DNA of 248,000 bases from Hyalangium minutum (GTDB lineage Bacteria > Myxococcota > Myxococcia > Myxococcales > Myxococcaceae), in contig NZ_JMCB01000013.1 in the NCBI RefSeq assembly GCF_000737315.1, forward strand, positions 20,001 to 268,000, in the 5' to 3' direction. Under the pieces are notes generated by a model. That model saw nothing but the letters and a program-made list of their open reading frames with translations. It was not told where the DNA came from and searched no databases. Shown here piece after piece: positions 177,206 to 187,318 of the stretch (position 1 is the first letter of the stretch; each line of letters starts with the position of its first letter). Both the position numbers and the translations under genes were made by a program.

Positions 177206-180200
177206 ATGTCGTTGCCCACGCTGCTCACCGCCGAGAACCTCCGCGCAACCGCGGGGAGCGCATTTGCGCGAGGCGAGGTGTACTGGCGTGAGGGGCGCGT
177301 GCTGTCCTGCGTCCTGGAGAACGACGCGCTCGATGGGCTGGTGGAGGGCACGGCGAAGTACCGCGTCCGGGTGACGGCTCCTGGCGGAGTGCTCGTCGCC
177401 CACTGCACGTGTCCGGTGCGGGATGCGGTCTGCAAGCATGCGGTCGCGCTCAGCCTCTCCTTCCTGGCACAGCGCGGAGCGGTGCTCGAGCCGCCGCGCG
177501 AGGCCGCCGTCGTGGTGCCGTCTCAGGAAGGGCCGTTCGCGACGCGGGACGCGCTGGATCGCTGGGCGGAGGAGCACGAGGTCCGCCATGCGCTCGCGGT
177601 CTCCGTGGCCGTGCTCTTTCCGGAGCTGCCCATCAATGAGGCGCAGCGCCAAGGGCTCCAGCATGTGCTGAACGGACTGGCGCTGAGGGACGTGGGCTCG
177701 CGGGACGGGGCGCTTCGCTATGTCGGCGCGCGCGGGAGAGGCCTGGAGACAGCGCTGACCGAAGCGGCGTGGGCATACCTGCAGCAGGAGGCGCACGCCG
177801 TCCGGCAGGGGCTCACCGAGGAGGCCGCGCGCCGCGAGTCCCACCCGGACGAGGTGCTGGCGCCGCTGTGGACCCGCCTGCTCGAGGTGCGCCGCACGCT
177901 CAGGCCCCATGCAGCTCCACGCTCTCGGGAGCGGCGGGCCTTGGGGACATGGAGCTTCGATGCGGCTGCGTGCGTGCTCACGTGGAGGGAGCGCGATCGC
178001 GTGGTCCGTGGCGGTCCGGACTACGGCACCATCGGAGTCTTGACGCGGCTCACCTTCCCCGGGGGGTACGAAGGGCGGGTGGAGTGCAGCTGTGCGACCC
178101 GGCAGCGGGGGTGCGTGCATGCGCTGGCGCTCGTGGACACCACCCTCGATGTCCTGGACGACAGCGCGCGGAACGCGGAGGCGCGAAGGATCGCCGAGGA
178201 ACTCCTTCGCCCGAGCTGGGCGCGCGCGCTGAAGGAACTCGAGCTGTTCGAGGAAGAGTCGGCCAAGCCTCGGCCCAGCATCGAGGTGTGGTGGTGCATC
178301 GAGCAGGAACTGGGCACGCAGTCCGTGTCGCCCGTCGTGAAGAAGCAGACCCGCCGGGGCATCATGAGCGCAGGTGCGAGGATGACCGCGGCGCGCCTGC
178401 TCGAAGAGCACCGCGAGCTTCTCTCCGAGACCGATCTTCGGGTCGCCGAGCAGCTGGCTTCATGGGCCCCGGCGTCCCGTGCCGCTGGGACATACCCTTC
178501 ACGGGCATTCGCAGGGCTGGTCGGGCACCCACGGGTGTTGCTCGAGTTCCGCCCCGAGGAGCCCATCGAGGTGAAGCGCGTGCGGCTGGGGTTCACCGCG
178601 CTCTCCGCCGATAACCACATTCGCCTGGAGCCCTCCATCGAGGGCGAGCGCTTCAGCCCGAAGCTGCTGGGAGCCCTGCTGCGTGCGTTCGCGCCGGGGG
178701 AACCGCTGGTCACGGTGGAGGAGCAGCGGAACCGGTGCCTGCTGATCGATGTGAACTCCGAGGCGCGGCAGATCTGGAACGTGCTGGAGAAGCACGGAGA
178801 CCAGTTCCCTCCCGAGAGCCATGAGCAGCTGCTGGAGCGCCTGTCCCGGCTCGAAGCGCGGTTGCCGCTCGTGGTCCCGCCCACGCTGAAGGGGCGCGAG
178901 CTCTCGTCCGAGACGACCACCGTCGTTCGTCTGCGCCTGCTCCCGGACGTGTCGCTGGAGCTGGAATTGCTCGTTCGGCCGGGGCCAGGGGCTCCGCTGT
179001 TCCATCCCGGCGTGGGTCCGAGAGACGTGCTTCTCACTCGCAACGGTGAACGCGGCTACGTGCGCCGTCAGCTGATCCAGGAGGAGCAGCGGGCTCGCGC
179101 GGCGATTGCCCCACTGCCGCTCGAGGGCGCGGAGGAGGGGCCGCCGTTCTGCTTCCGGATGGGGGACACGGAGTCCGCGCTGCGGCTCGTCGCGGCCCTC
179201 CAGAAGCCGCTGCCGGGAGTGGAGGTGGAGTGGCTCGACGATAAGCCGTTCGTTGCTTCGGCTGCGGGCCCGGAGTCCTTGAAGGTCGTGATCGAGCGCA
179301 AGCGGGACTGGTTCGGCATCAACGGGGATCTGAAGGTCGAGGCGGGGCGCATCGAGCTGGCTGTCCTCCTGGATGCGGCCCGGCGGCAGAAGCGCTTCGT
179401 GCGCGTGGATGCCCATCGGTGGGTCGAGCTCAGCGACACTTTGCGGAACCGCCTGCTCGCGGTGGCCGATCACACCTTCCTGGGCAAGAACCGCGCGGAG
179501 CTCTCTCCAGGAGCGGTCTCGGCGATCAGCGCGTTGCTGGAGGCGGGGGCCGACGTCCAGGCCGCGCCCGCGTGGCAGTTGATGACGGATCGTCTCGCCG
179601 CGTCGCTGTCGCTCAAGCCGAAGCCTCCCTCGTCGCTGGGGACCACGCTGCGCGACTACCAGGTGGAGGGCCATGCGTGGCTCAGCCGCGTGGCGGCCTG
179701 GGGAGCGGGAGCGTGCCTCGCGGATGACATGGGGCTCGGGAAGACGGTGCAGGCGCTGTCGGTGATGATCGAACGCTCGCGGCTCGGTCCGGCCCTGGTG
179801 CTCGCGCCGACCTCGGTGGCCTTCAACTGGACGCAGGAGATCCAGCGCTTCGCGCCCACCCTGCGGCCCGTGCTCTACGCGGAGCAGCCGGATCGGGCGA
179901 AGTGCTTGGCGAAGCTCAAGAAGACCGACGTGCTCATCGTCAGCTACGGCTTGCTGGTGCGCGACGTGGCGAGCCTCAGCACGCTCTCATTCGCCACGCT
180001 CGTCGTCGATGAAGCGCAGGCGTTGAAGAACCCGAGCACCCGGCGGGCCCGGGCCGCGCGGCAGCTGAACGCGGGCTTTCGGATCGCGCTCTCGGGGACG
180101 CCGCTGGAGAACCACCTCGGCGAGCTGTGGAGCCTCTTCACGATCGTCTTCCCGGGTCTCTTGGGGAGCTGGGAGCAATTCCGAGAGCGCTTCGCCTCGC

Positions 180201-181084
180201 CCATCGAGCGGGGCAAGGATCCCACCGCGAGCGCGGCGCTCTCCCGGGTGATCCAGCCGTTCCTGCTGCGGCGGACCAAGCAAGAGGTGGCGCGCGAGCT
180301 GCCGCCGAGGACGGAGATCCAGGTCCCCGTGGCGCTCTCCGAGGAGGAGTGGACGCTATACGAGGACGCGCGGCTGGCGGCGGTCGCGGAGCTCAGCAAG
180401 CAGGGCAAGGGGCTGCGCACCGAGCAGCAGCGCTTCCAGGTGCTCGCGGCGATCACCCGGCTGAGGTTGCTTGCGTCTCACCCGCGGCTCTACGACGGGC
180501 AGTCGAAGCTCGCGTCCTCGAAGATGCGGCGTCTGCTGGAGTTGCTGGAAGAACTGCGGAGCGAGGGCCACCGGGCGCTCGTGTTCAGCCAGTTCACCTC
180601 ACACCTCGAGCTCGTCCGCGAGGAACTGGATCGCGCCGGCTTCACGTACCAGTACCTCGATGGCGCGACGCCTGCGGCGACCCGAGCGAAGCGGATTCAG
180701 GACTTCCAGGAGGGGGCAGGGGAGATGTTCCTGATCTCGCTCAAGGCGGGAGGTACGGGCATCAACCTCACGGCTGCGGACTACGTCATCCACTTGGATC
180801 CCTGGTGGAACCCGGCGGTGGAGGATCAAGCGACGGATCGCGCCCACCGCATCGGCCAGACGCGGCCGGTGACGGTGTACCGGCTGATCGCCCGCGGTAC
180901 GATCGAGGAGCAGATCCTCTCGCTGCACTCGGACAAGCGCGCGTTGGTGGCGGGAGTGCTGGAGGGGACGGATGTGGCGGCGCGGCTGACGACAAAGGAT
181001 CTGCTCGCGCTACTGGCGGGGGGCGACTCTCCTCGCGAGCGGCAGGACGACGGGGAAGAACCCCGGGCCCGAACGGTGCACTGA
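177206..181084 (+). CDS. SWIM-domain SNF2/DEAH helicase
   Basis: CTCP..CKH and CSC..CVH; LADDMGLGKT, DEAQ, QATDRAHRIGQ. Confidence 0.92.
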   Translation: MSLPTLLTAENLRATAGSAFARGEVYWREGRVLSCVLENDALDGLVEGTAKYRVRVTAPGGVLVAHCTCPVRDAVCKHAVALSLSFLAQRGAVLEPPREAAVVVPSQEGPFATRDALDRWAEEHEVRHALAVSVAVLFPELPINEAQRQGLQHVLNGLALRDVGSRDGALRYVGARGRGLETALTEAAWAYLQQEAHAVRQGLTEEAARRESHPDEVLAPLWTRLLEVRRTLRPHAAPRSRERRALGTWSFDAAACVLTWRERDRVVRGGPDYGTIGVLTRLTFPGGYEGRVECSCATRQRGCVHALALVDTTLDVLDDSARNAEARRIAEELLRPSWARALKELELFEEESAKPRPSIEVWWCIEQELGTQSVSPVVKKQTRRGIMSAGARMTAARLLEEHRELLSETDLRVAEQLASWAPASRAAGTYPSRAFAGLVGHPRVLLEFRPEEPIEVKRVRLGFTALSADNHIRLEPSIEGERFSPKLLGALLRAFAPGEPLVTVEEQRNRCLLIDVNSEARQIWNVLEKHGDQFPPESHEQLLERLSRLEARLPLVVPPTLKGRELSSETTTVVRLRLLPDVSLELELLVRPGPGAPLFHPGVGPRDVLLTRNGERGYVRRQLIQEEQRARAAIAPLPLEGAEEGPPFCFRMGDTESALRLVAALQKPLPGVEVEWLDDKPFVASAAGPESLKVVIERKRDWFGINGDLKVEAGRIELAVLLDAARRQKRFVRVDAHRWVELSDTLRNRLLAVADHTFLGKNRAELSPGAVSAISALLEAGADVQAAPAWQLMTDRLAASLSLKPKPPSSLGTTLRDYQVEGHAWLSRVAAWGAGACLADDMGLGKTVQALSVMIERSRLGPALVLAPTSVAFNWTQEIQRFAPTLRPVLYAEQPDRAKCLAKLKKTDVLIVSYGLLVRDVASLSTLSFATLVVDEAQALKNPSTRRARAARQLNAGFRIALSGTPLENHLGELWSLFTIVFPGLLGSWEQFRERFASPIERGKDPTASAALSRVIQPFLLRRTKQEVARELPPRTEIQVPVALSEEEWTLYEDARLAAVAELSKQGKGLRTEQQRFQVLAAITRLRLLASHPRLYDGQSKLASSKMRRLLELLEELRSEGHRALVFSQFTSHLELVREELDRAGFTYQYLDGATPAATRAKRIQDFQEGAGEMFLISLKAGGTGINLTAADYVIHLDPWWNPAVEDQATDRAHRIGQTRPVTVYRLIARGTIEEQILSLHSDKRALVAGVLEGTDVAARLTTKDLLALLAGGDSPRERQDDGEEPRARTVH

Positions 181085-181241
181085 TCGTCCCTAGGCAGTC
181101 CTCATCCAGTGAGGCCGGAGAGGCGCAGGATGGCCACGACGAGGCCCGTGAGTCCGAGGAGCAGTCCGAACAGAGCCGCCCCTGCGGCATCGAGCTTCTT
181201 CCAGGTCCATGGAGTGTCCATACCCGGCTCCAGTCCGTGCC

Positions 181242-181400
181242 AAACGGGTCTGACAACCAGACCGGTTGCCGCTACGAACGAGCAGTGGGCCCCCTGGCGG
181301 CGGCGGTTTTTGGAAACTGGTCTGACAAGCAGACCAGTTCAGTCGGATTGCGACGGGAGAGGGTGGGATGCCCACATGGTTGGTGACTTCTTGTCAGACC
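181242..181400. promoter_or_regulatory. Cluster of GGTCTG-N5-CAGACC palindromes upstream of a kinase
   Basis: AACTGGTCTG-ACAAG-CAGACCAGTT (181315-39), imperfect copy 181242-67, half-site 181391-400. Confidence 0.55.
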
Positions 181401-181420
181401 CATGAGGTAGGCTGGGCTGA

Positions 181421-182971
181421 GTGGGGACTCGAAGGTCCTCGCCGGAGACGGTCATGGGGAAGAAGGTCGCCTCGCTGGATGTAGATCCGCTCAGCCTCCC
181501 GCTGGGGATGCGGATGGGGCCCTGGCGGATTGTGGGCTGGGGCGGCCGAGGCGCCTACGGCACCGTTTACCGTGTGGAGCGCGTGGGACATGAACTGGAA
181601 GGTCCCTTTGCGCTCAAACTGGCGGTCTTCCCCGAGGATGAGCGCTTCGAGCGAGAGGCGTGGTTGCTCCGCCACATCCAGAGTGCTTCGGTGCCTCACC
181701 TCTATGCGCAGGGGGTATGGGAGCACGCATCGGGGCGCTATCGCTACCTGGTGATGCAGTGGGTGGAGGGCGAGCCGCTGTATGAGTGGTCCGCTCGGCG
181801 CAACCCCACTGAGTCCCGGGTGGTGGAACTGTTGCTACAGGTGGCGAAGGCGGTGGAGGCCACGCATGCGGTGGGAGCGGTGCACCGCGACGTGAAGGGC
181901 GGGAACGTTCTGGTGAGGCTCACGGACGGGCGAGCCTTCCTGATGGACTTCGGGGCAGGGCACTACCGGGGAGCGGCGACGCTGACCTCGAAGGTGCTCC
182001 CGCCCGGCACTCCCGCGTATCGCAGCCCTGAGGCCTGGGGATTTCTCCGCCTGTTCCTTCGCCACCCGACGGCTCACTATCCGGCCAGCGCGAGCGATGA
182101 CCTGTTCGCCCTGGGAATCACGGCCTACCGGTTGGTGACGGACGAGTATCCGCCCTCCACGGATCCTCAAGCGCCAGGGGCGGAGGTGTGGCGCGAGGGG
182201 GGACCAGGACCTCGGCCGCCCCGTGAGCTGAACCCGCGTGTGAGCCCCGAGCTGGATGCGCTGATCCTGAGGCTGTTGGCGCCCGCTCCCGTGGATCGCT
182301 TCAACGGCCGGGCTCAGGAGTTGGTCGCGGCGCTGGAGGAGATGAAGGAGAGGGCGGGGCCCGAGAGGAATGAGCCTCTCTTCGGCTGGTCACACGCGCA
182401 CGACACACGCTGGCGATCGCTGGGAGGCGTGCGTCTGGCTGAGGAGCGGGACGCGGCAAGGAGAGAACGCGAGAAGCGCGAGCTGGAGGTCCGGGCTCGC
182501 GCAGAGGCTGCGAACCGCTTGGCGGAGCCCCCGCGCTCAGTGGCTGTGTGGAGCGTTGAAGGGGGGATAGCCGCCATGGGGCTGCTGCTCACCTGTCTGC
182601 TGGTGACCGGGCTCTATCGGGGCCAGCAGGAGGCGCAGACTGCTTCGGCGAAGGAGCACCGCCAGAGGGACACGGCCGCAGTAGGGGACGGCGCGGGTGC
182701 CATTTCCGCGTCGGCGGATGCCTCGGTGCCTGCGGGGAATGCGAAGTCGGCAGTGGGGCTTCCGCTGCCCGAGAAGCTCTTCCCTGGCCAGCGGAAGCCG
182801 CCGTGCAACAGGTTTGGAGAGGTGGAGGTCCGTGGCGGCTGCTGGTGGCTCTTGGGCGCTGGCAAGCCGCCTTGCAAGGAGAAGGGCAAAGAGGACGGCT
182901 ATGAGTGGAAGGGGGCTTGCTACACGCCCTCATACCAAATGGGTCGCGAGCCCACGTCCAAGCCGCCGTGA
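181421..182971 (+). CDS. Ser/Thr protein kinase
   Basis: GRGAYG, HRDVKGGN, DFG, SPE. Confidence 0.88.
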   Translation: MGTRRSSPETVMGKKVASLDVDPLSLPLGMRMGPWRIVGWGGRGAYGTVYRVERVGHELEGPFALKLAVFPEDERFEREAWLLRHIQSASVPHLYAQGVWEHASGRYRYLVMQWVEGEPLYEWSARRNPTESRVVELLLQVAKAVEATHAVGAVHRDVKGGNVLVRLTDGRAFLMDFGAGHYRGAATLTSKVLPPGTPAYRSPEAWGFLRLFLRHPTAHYPASASDDLFALGITAYRLVTDEYPPSTDPQAPGAEVWREGGPGPRPPRELNPRVSPELDALILRLLAPAPVDRFNGRAQELVAALEEMKERAGPERNEPLFGWSHAHDTRWRSLGGVRLAEERDAARREREKRELEVRARAEAANRLAEPPRSVAVWSVEGGIAAMGLLLTCLLVTGLYRGQQEAQTASAKEHRQRDTAAVGDGAGAISASADASVPAGNAKSAVGLPLPEKLFPGQRKPPCNRFGEVEVRGGCWWLLGAGKPPCKEKGKEDGYEWKGACYTPSYQMGREPTSKPP

Positions 182972-183112
182972 ACCGTGGCCAGGTTCAGCATCTGCGTCAG
183001 TGGAAGCGGATCAAGCGTGGGCTTACTGGCGGCGCGAAAAATCCCCACGAGCGTGTGGTAGGAGGGCACTCGTGAAGAGGATGTCCCCCGTGAGCAACAG
183101 CTTGGTGACCCC

Positions 183113-184423
183113 ATGACGCTTCCCCGGACGCCAGAGGAAGCGGTCGAATTCCTCGCCCGGCTCAGCCCTTCCGTCATCAAGCCCGGCCTCGAACGGATGA
183201 ATCCGGCTCTCGAGGCCCTCGGCCATCCCGAGCGCCGAATCCGCTCGCTTCATGTCGCGGGCACCAATGGCAAGGGCAGCACCTGTGCCTTCGCCTCCAC
183301 CGCCCTTCGCGCCGCGGGCCACCGCGTGGGCCTCTACACCTCGCCTCACCTGGAGCGCGTCACCGAGCGCTTCCAGATCAACGGCGAGGAGATCTCCCCC
183401 AAGCTGCTCGGCCGCCGCATCCTCGAGATCCTCGAGCGCTACCCGGAGGCCGCCGCCACTCCCGCGCCGCTCACGTACTTCGAGTTCGGCACCGTGATCG
183501 CCTTCTGGCACTTCGCCCAGGAGGCCGTGGACATCGCTGTCCTGGAAACTGGCCTCGGTGGCCGCTTGGATGCCACCAATGTCGTGGCCCCGCTCGTCAC
183601 CGTCATCACGCCTATCTCCTTTGATCACATGGAGTATCTGGGCCACACGCTCGGAGCCATCGCAGGCGAGAAGGCCGGCATCCTCAAGCCCACCGTCCCC
183701 GTCGTCGTCAGCCGCCAGGAGCCAGAGGCCCTCGAAGCCATCTCCCGCGTCGCAGCCCAGGTCGGCGCTCCCATGCTCCTCGAGGGGCTCGACTTCGCCG
183801 TGGAGTCTCTCCCCACAGGGCTCTCCTACAGGGGACCGCGGTGGAACCTGGACGGGCTCTCACTCTCCCTCCGAGGCCCTCACCAGCGGCAGAACGCCGC
183901 TGTCGCGCTCGCGGCCCTGGAGCAGCTCGATGCCTGGGGCATCTCCGTCCCCACGGATGCCGCAGTGAAGGGCCTGGCCTCCGCTCGCTGGCCCGGCCGC
184001 TTGGAGGAGGTGAGCAGCCAGCCAGCCGTCGTGCTCGATGGGGCGCACAACCCCGGCGGAGTCGCTGTGCTCCTGGCCTCGCTCGACAGCCTGTACCCCG
184101 GCCGACGCATCCACGCCGTCTTCGGTGTCGTCGCCGACAAGGACCGCGCTCCCATGATGCGCGGCCTCTTCCCTCGCTGCGCCTCCGTCCACCTCACGCC
184201 CCTGGACACGCCGCGCTCGCTTGCCCCCGAGCGCTACCTCGCGGAGGCCCGGGCACTGTGCGCCGATGTGCGGGCCTATGCTGGCTTGGATGACGCCCTG
184301 GCAGGCGCCAAGGCCCTCGCGATGGAGGGGGACGTCATCTTATGTACGGGCTCACTCTTTCTGGTGGGAGCGGCTCGCGCGCGCTTCGTCAGAAACCTTG
184401 GCGCAATGCAGCAGCAGTCATAA
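183113..184423 (+). CDS. folC: Folylpolyglutamate synthase/dihydrofolate synthase
   Basis: HVAGTNGKGS, ETGLGGRLDATN, DGAHN. Confidence 0.95.
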   Translation: MTLPRTPEEAVEFLARLSPSVIKPGLERMNPALEALGHPERRIRSLHVAGTNGKGSTCAFASTALRAAGHRVGLYTSPHLERVTERFQINGEEISPKLLGRRILEILERYPEAAATPAPLTYFEFGTVIAFWHFAQEAVDIAVLETGLGGRLDATNVVAPLVTVITPISFDHMEYLGHTLGAIAGEKAGILKPTVPVVVSRQEPEALEAISRVAAQVGAPMLLEGLDFAVESLPTGLSYRGPRWNLDGLSLSLRGPHQRQNAAVALAALEQLDAWGISVPTDAAVKGLASARWPGRLEEVSSQPAVVLDGAHNPGGVAVLLASLDSLYPGRRIHAVFGVVADKDRAPMMRGLFPRCASVHLTPLDTPRSLAPERYLAEARALCADVRAYAGLDDALAGAKALAMEGDVILCTGSLFLVGAARARFVRNLGAMQQQS

Positions 184424-184432
184424 ATTCCAGGT

Positions 184433-185710
184433 ATGCGCCTCCCGGATGATTGGAGAACCGCGCCCACGGGGCCGCGGATACCGACGGTCGACGAGGTCGA
184501 CTTCCGGGCGCTCTACCAGAAGACGAAGTACGTGGTGGAGACCGCCGACGGCTGGTCATTGATGATGACCCGCTACCGGCCCGTGAAGCAGCAATTCCCG
184601 CAGCCGCTGTTCGGCGAGGTGCTGCTCCTGGTCCACGGCTTCTCCCAGAACCGCCACGCGTGGACCAGCGGGCAGTTCGTGAAGAACCTCCTGTTCTTCG
184701 GCGTGGACATTCACATCCTCGAGCTGCGCGGCCACGGCAAGAGCTCCCTGGATCTGCAGCGCGAGCGCTGTGCCCGCTTCCGCCGACCTCTCCCGCCCGA
184801 CCTCGAGTACGGCTGGGACATCGACAGCTACTTCCTCTACGACTTGCCCGCCGCTGTCTCCGGCGTGAAGCGCATCACCCGGCGCGACAAGATCTTCTAC
184901 TGCGGCCATTCCATGGGCGGGATGCTCGGCTACGGCTACGCCGGCATCCACGACGACTTCGAGGGCCTGATCACCATTGGCTCCCCGGCGGATCTCGGCC
185001 GGGGTTTTTTGATGCTCAAGGCCCTGGCCATGGGCGCGCCGGCGCTCGGTGGCCTGGTGGACATGACGTTGGCCGGGCTCAACGTGCAGAACCGCATCGG
185101 GCACCTGGGCCGCACGCTGCTGTCCAAGGGCGCCCAGGCGGTGAGCCGCGAGCTGGGCCAGCGGCTCAAGCCGACGTCGGAGCCGAAAGACACCCTCTTC
185201 AACTACGTCCCCGTGGACGCCTGGCTGAAGTACGCCGAGAAGAAGCTCGCTCTCGCCGAGGGCCACCCCATCTACGAAGAGGTCGTCCGGCGCATCAACA
185301 AGCTGAGCAACCCCGCCCGCGTGAAGGCCCAGGACGTCCGTTGGCTCCTTCGCGAGGGAGGCGAGCGAGAGCCTCGCAAGGTGATCGAGCAGTTCGCCCG
185401 GTGGATCCGCCGCGGCGAGATGGTCTGCTACCGCACGGACTACGACTTCAAGCGCGGCTTCTCGAAGATCGCGATCCCCATGGCCATCATCTTCGGAGAC
185501 ATGGATCCGCTGGCCTCGGTGGAGTCCACCCGCAGTGTCTACCGCGCCGCCAAGAGTGAATACCTCCTCTGGCGCCCTGTGAAGGGCAACAGCCACATCG
185601 AGCTGACCATGGGGCACGACATCCGGCAGATCTGTTACGACATCAAGAACCTCATCGAATACGCCAGAACCCACCGCTCGCGTTCCCCGGTGCTGCCGCG
185701 CGTTCGTTAG
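184433..185710 (+). CDS. Alpha/beta fold hydrolase
   Basis: LVHGF, GHSMGG, final H in NSHIE. Confidence 0.82.
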   Translation: MRLPDDWRTAPTGPRIPTVDEVDFRALYQKTKYVVETADGWSLMMTRYRPVKQQFPQPLFGEVLLLVHGFSQNRHAWTSGQFVKNLLFFGVDIHILELRGHGKSSLDLQRERCARFRRPLPPDLEYGWDIDSYFLYDLPAAVSGVKRITRRDKIFYCGHSMGGMLGYGYAGIHDDFEGLITIGSPADLGRGFLMLKALAMGAPALGGLVDMTLAGLNVQNRIGHLGRTLLSKGAQAVSRELGQRLKPTSEPKDTLFNYVPVDAWLKYAEKKLALAEGHPIYEEVVRRINKLSNPARVKAQDVRWLLREGGEREPRKVIEQFARWIRRGEMVCYRTDYDFKRGFSKIAIPMAIIFGDMDPLASVESTRSVYRAAKSEYLLWRPVKGNSHIELTMGHDIRQICYDIKNLIEYARTHRSRSPVLPRVR

Positions 185711-185794
185711 ACCCGGGGGCCGGCCCCGGGCGTTAAGTTGGAGCCAGGGGGCCCATGCTCTACAGTCGGGTTCTCTGAGAAGGGGTGTCGTTCA

Positions 185795-187306
185795 ATGAAG
185801 TGGCTGGCGGTCTGCGTGCTCGGTGGGGTGCTGCTGCCCCTGCTGGCGTTCGCGCAGGACAAGGTAGAGCTCAACGCCATCACCAGCGTGAAGGTGAACG
185901 GCTCCACGGTGGAGATCACCGGGAGCAAGAAGCCCAACTTCACCACCTTCACCATGACAGACCCGCCGCGGCTCGTCATCGATATCTCCGAGGCCGTCCT
186001 CAAGGGTGTGCCAGAGGAGATGCGAGTGAACGCCGGCCTCATCACCGGCCTGCGCGCCGCCAACTACGGCTCGGACTCGTCCGCCATCGCTCGCGTTCTC
186101 ATCGGCTACGACCGGGACGTGGAGACCGACATCCTGGTGAGCGGCAGTGTGCTCTCGGTGAAGGTGCTGGACGGCTCCAGCCCTGCCGTGGCCCAGACGC
186201 TCCCGGAGCCCAAGCAGCCCCTCGTGGCCGCCAATGGCCCCACGGCCGCCGAGGCCCAGGCCGCCGCCACGCAGGCCACTCAGGCGTCCCAGCAGGAGCG
186301 CGCCACCCAGGAGACGGCTGCGGCGGAGGCGGCTTCGGCGGCGAAGAAGACCGACGCGGAGCTTCGCCAGCAGGAGGAGGCCGCGCGCGTGGCCTCCGCG
186401 AAGAAGTCCGAGGAGGATCGCCGCGCCCAGGAACTGGCCGCCGCCGAGGAGAAGAAGCGCCAGGAAGAGCAGGTCCGCGCCGAGGCGGAGGCCCAGAAGC
186501 TGGCCACCGCCGAGGAGAAGAAGCGCCAGCTAGAGCAGGCTCGCGCCGAGGTGGAGGCCAAGAAGCAGGCCGAACTCGACGAGAAGAAGCGCAAGGCGGA
186601 GGAGGCCGAGGCAAAGCGTCTGGCCGCCACCGAGGAGAAGAAGCGCCAGCTAGAGCAGGCTCGCGCCGAGACGGAGGCCAAGAAGCAGGCCGAGCTCGAC
186701 GAGAAGAAGCGCAAGGCGGAGGAGGCCGAGGAGCGCCGTCTGGCCGCGCTGGAGGAGAAGAAGCGCAGGTCCGAGGAGGCTCGCGCCGAGGTCGACACCC
186801 GGAAGCAGCAGGAGACCGACGAGCGGAAGCGCCGTTCCGAGGAGGCCGAGGCGAAGCGCCTGGCCTCCGCCGAGGAGAGGAAGCGCCAGGAGACCGAGGG
186901 TGGCAGTCGGGTGGCCAGTGCCGAGGTGCCTCGCCGGACCGAGCCTCCCGCCGCCTCGCCCGAGCCCGCCACCACGGGCCGCCGCAAGACGCTGGAGATT
187001 GTCGGCTTCCAACAGAAGACGGGTGGCTCACGTGTCTACGTGCGTACAAATGAGCCAGTGAGCTACAAAGTCTCCGAGGGACGCAACGAGATCGTCCTCA
187101 TGCTGGAGAACACGCAGATCGGCAAGGGCAACAACACCCGTGCGCTCGACACCTCGTTCTTCGATACCGCCGTGGCTCGCGTGGACCCGACCGTGGGGCC
187201 TGACCGGTCCGTCCGCGTCTCCATCAAGCTCAAGGAGCAGGTGTCCGTCCAGACGCGCCAGGAGGGCAACACCATCACCCTGGAGTTCCCGCGCCCCGAG
187301 CGCTGA
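185795..187306 (+). CDS. AMIN-domain protein with charged coiled-coil repeat linker
   Basis: Signal peptide; DPPRLVID AMIN domain; EEKKR repeats. Confidence 0.75.
   Translation: MKWLAVCVLGGVLLPLLAFAQDKVELNAITSVKVNGSTVEITGSKKPNFTTFTMTDPPRLVIDISEAVLKGVPEEMRVNAGLITGLRAANYGSDSSAIARVLIGYDRDVETDILVSGSVLSVKVLDGSSPAVAQTLPEPKQPLVAANGPTAAEAQAAATQATQASQQERATQETAAAEAASAAKKTDAELRQQEEAARVASAKKSEEDRRAQELAAAEEKKRQEEQVRAEAEAQKLATAEEKKRQLEQARAEVEAKKQAELDEKKRKAEEAEAKRLAATEEKKRQLEQARAETEAKKQAELDEKKRKAEEAEERRLAALEEKKRRSEEARAEVDTRKQQETDERKRRSEEAEAKRLASAEERKRQETEGGSRVASAEVPRRTEPPAASPEPATTGRRKTLEIVGFQQKTGGSRVYVRTNEPVSYKVSEGRNEIVLMLENTQIGKGNNTRALDTSFFDTAVARVDPTVGPDRSVRVSIKLKEQVSVQTRQEGNTITLEFPRPER
186480..186900 (+). 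repeat. In-frame 120-bp (40-aa) tandem repeat, about 3.5 units
   Basis: CGAGGAGAAGAAGCGCCAGCTAGAGCAGGCTCGCGCCGAG recurs at 120-nt spacing (186511, 186631) with degenerate copies after. Confidence 0.8.
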
Positions 187307-187318
187307 GCCGAGGAGGCC

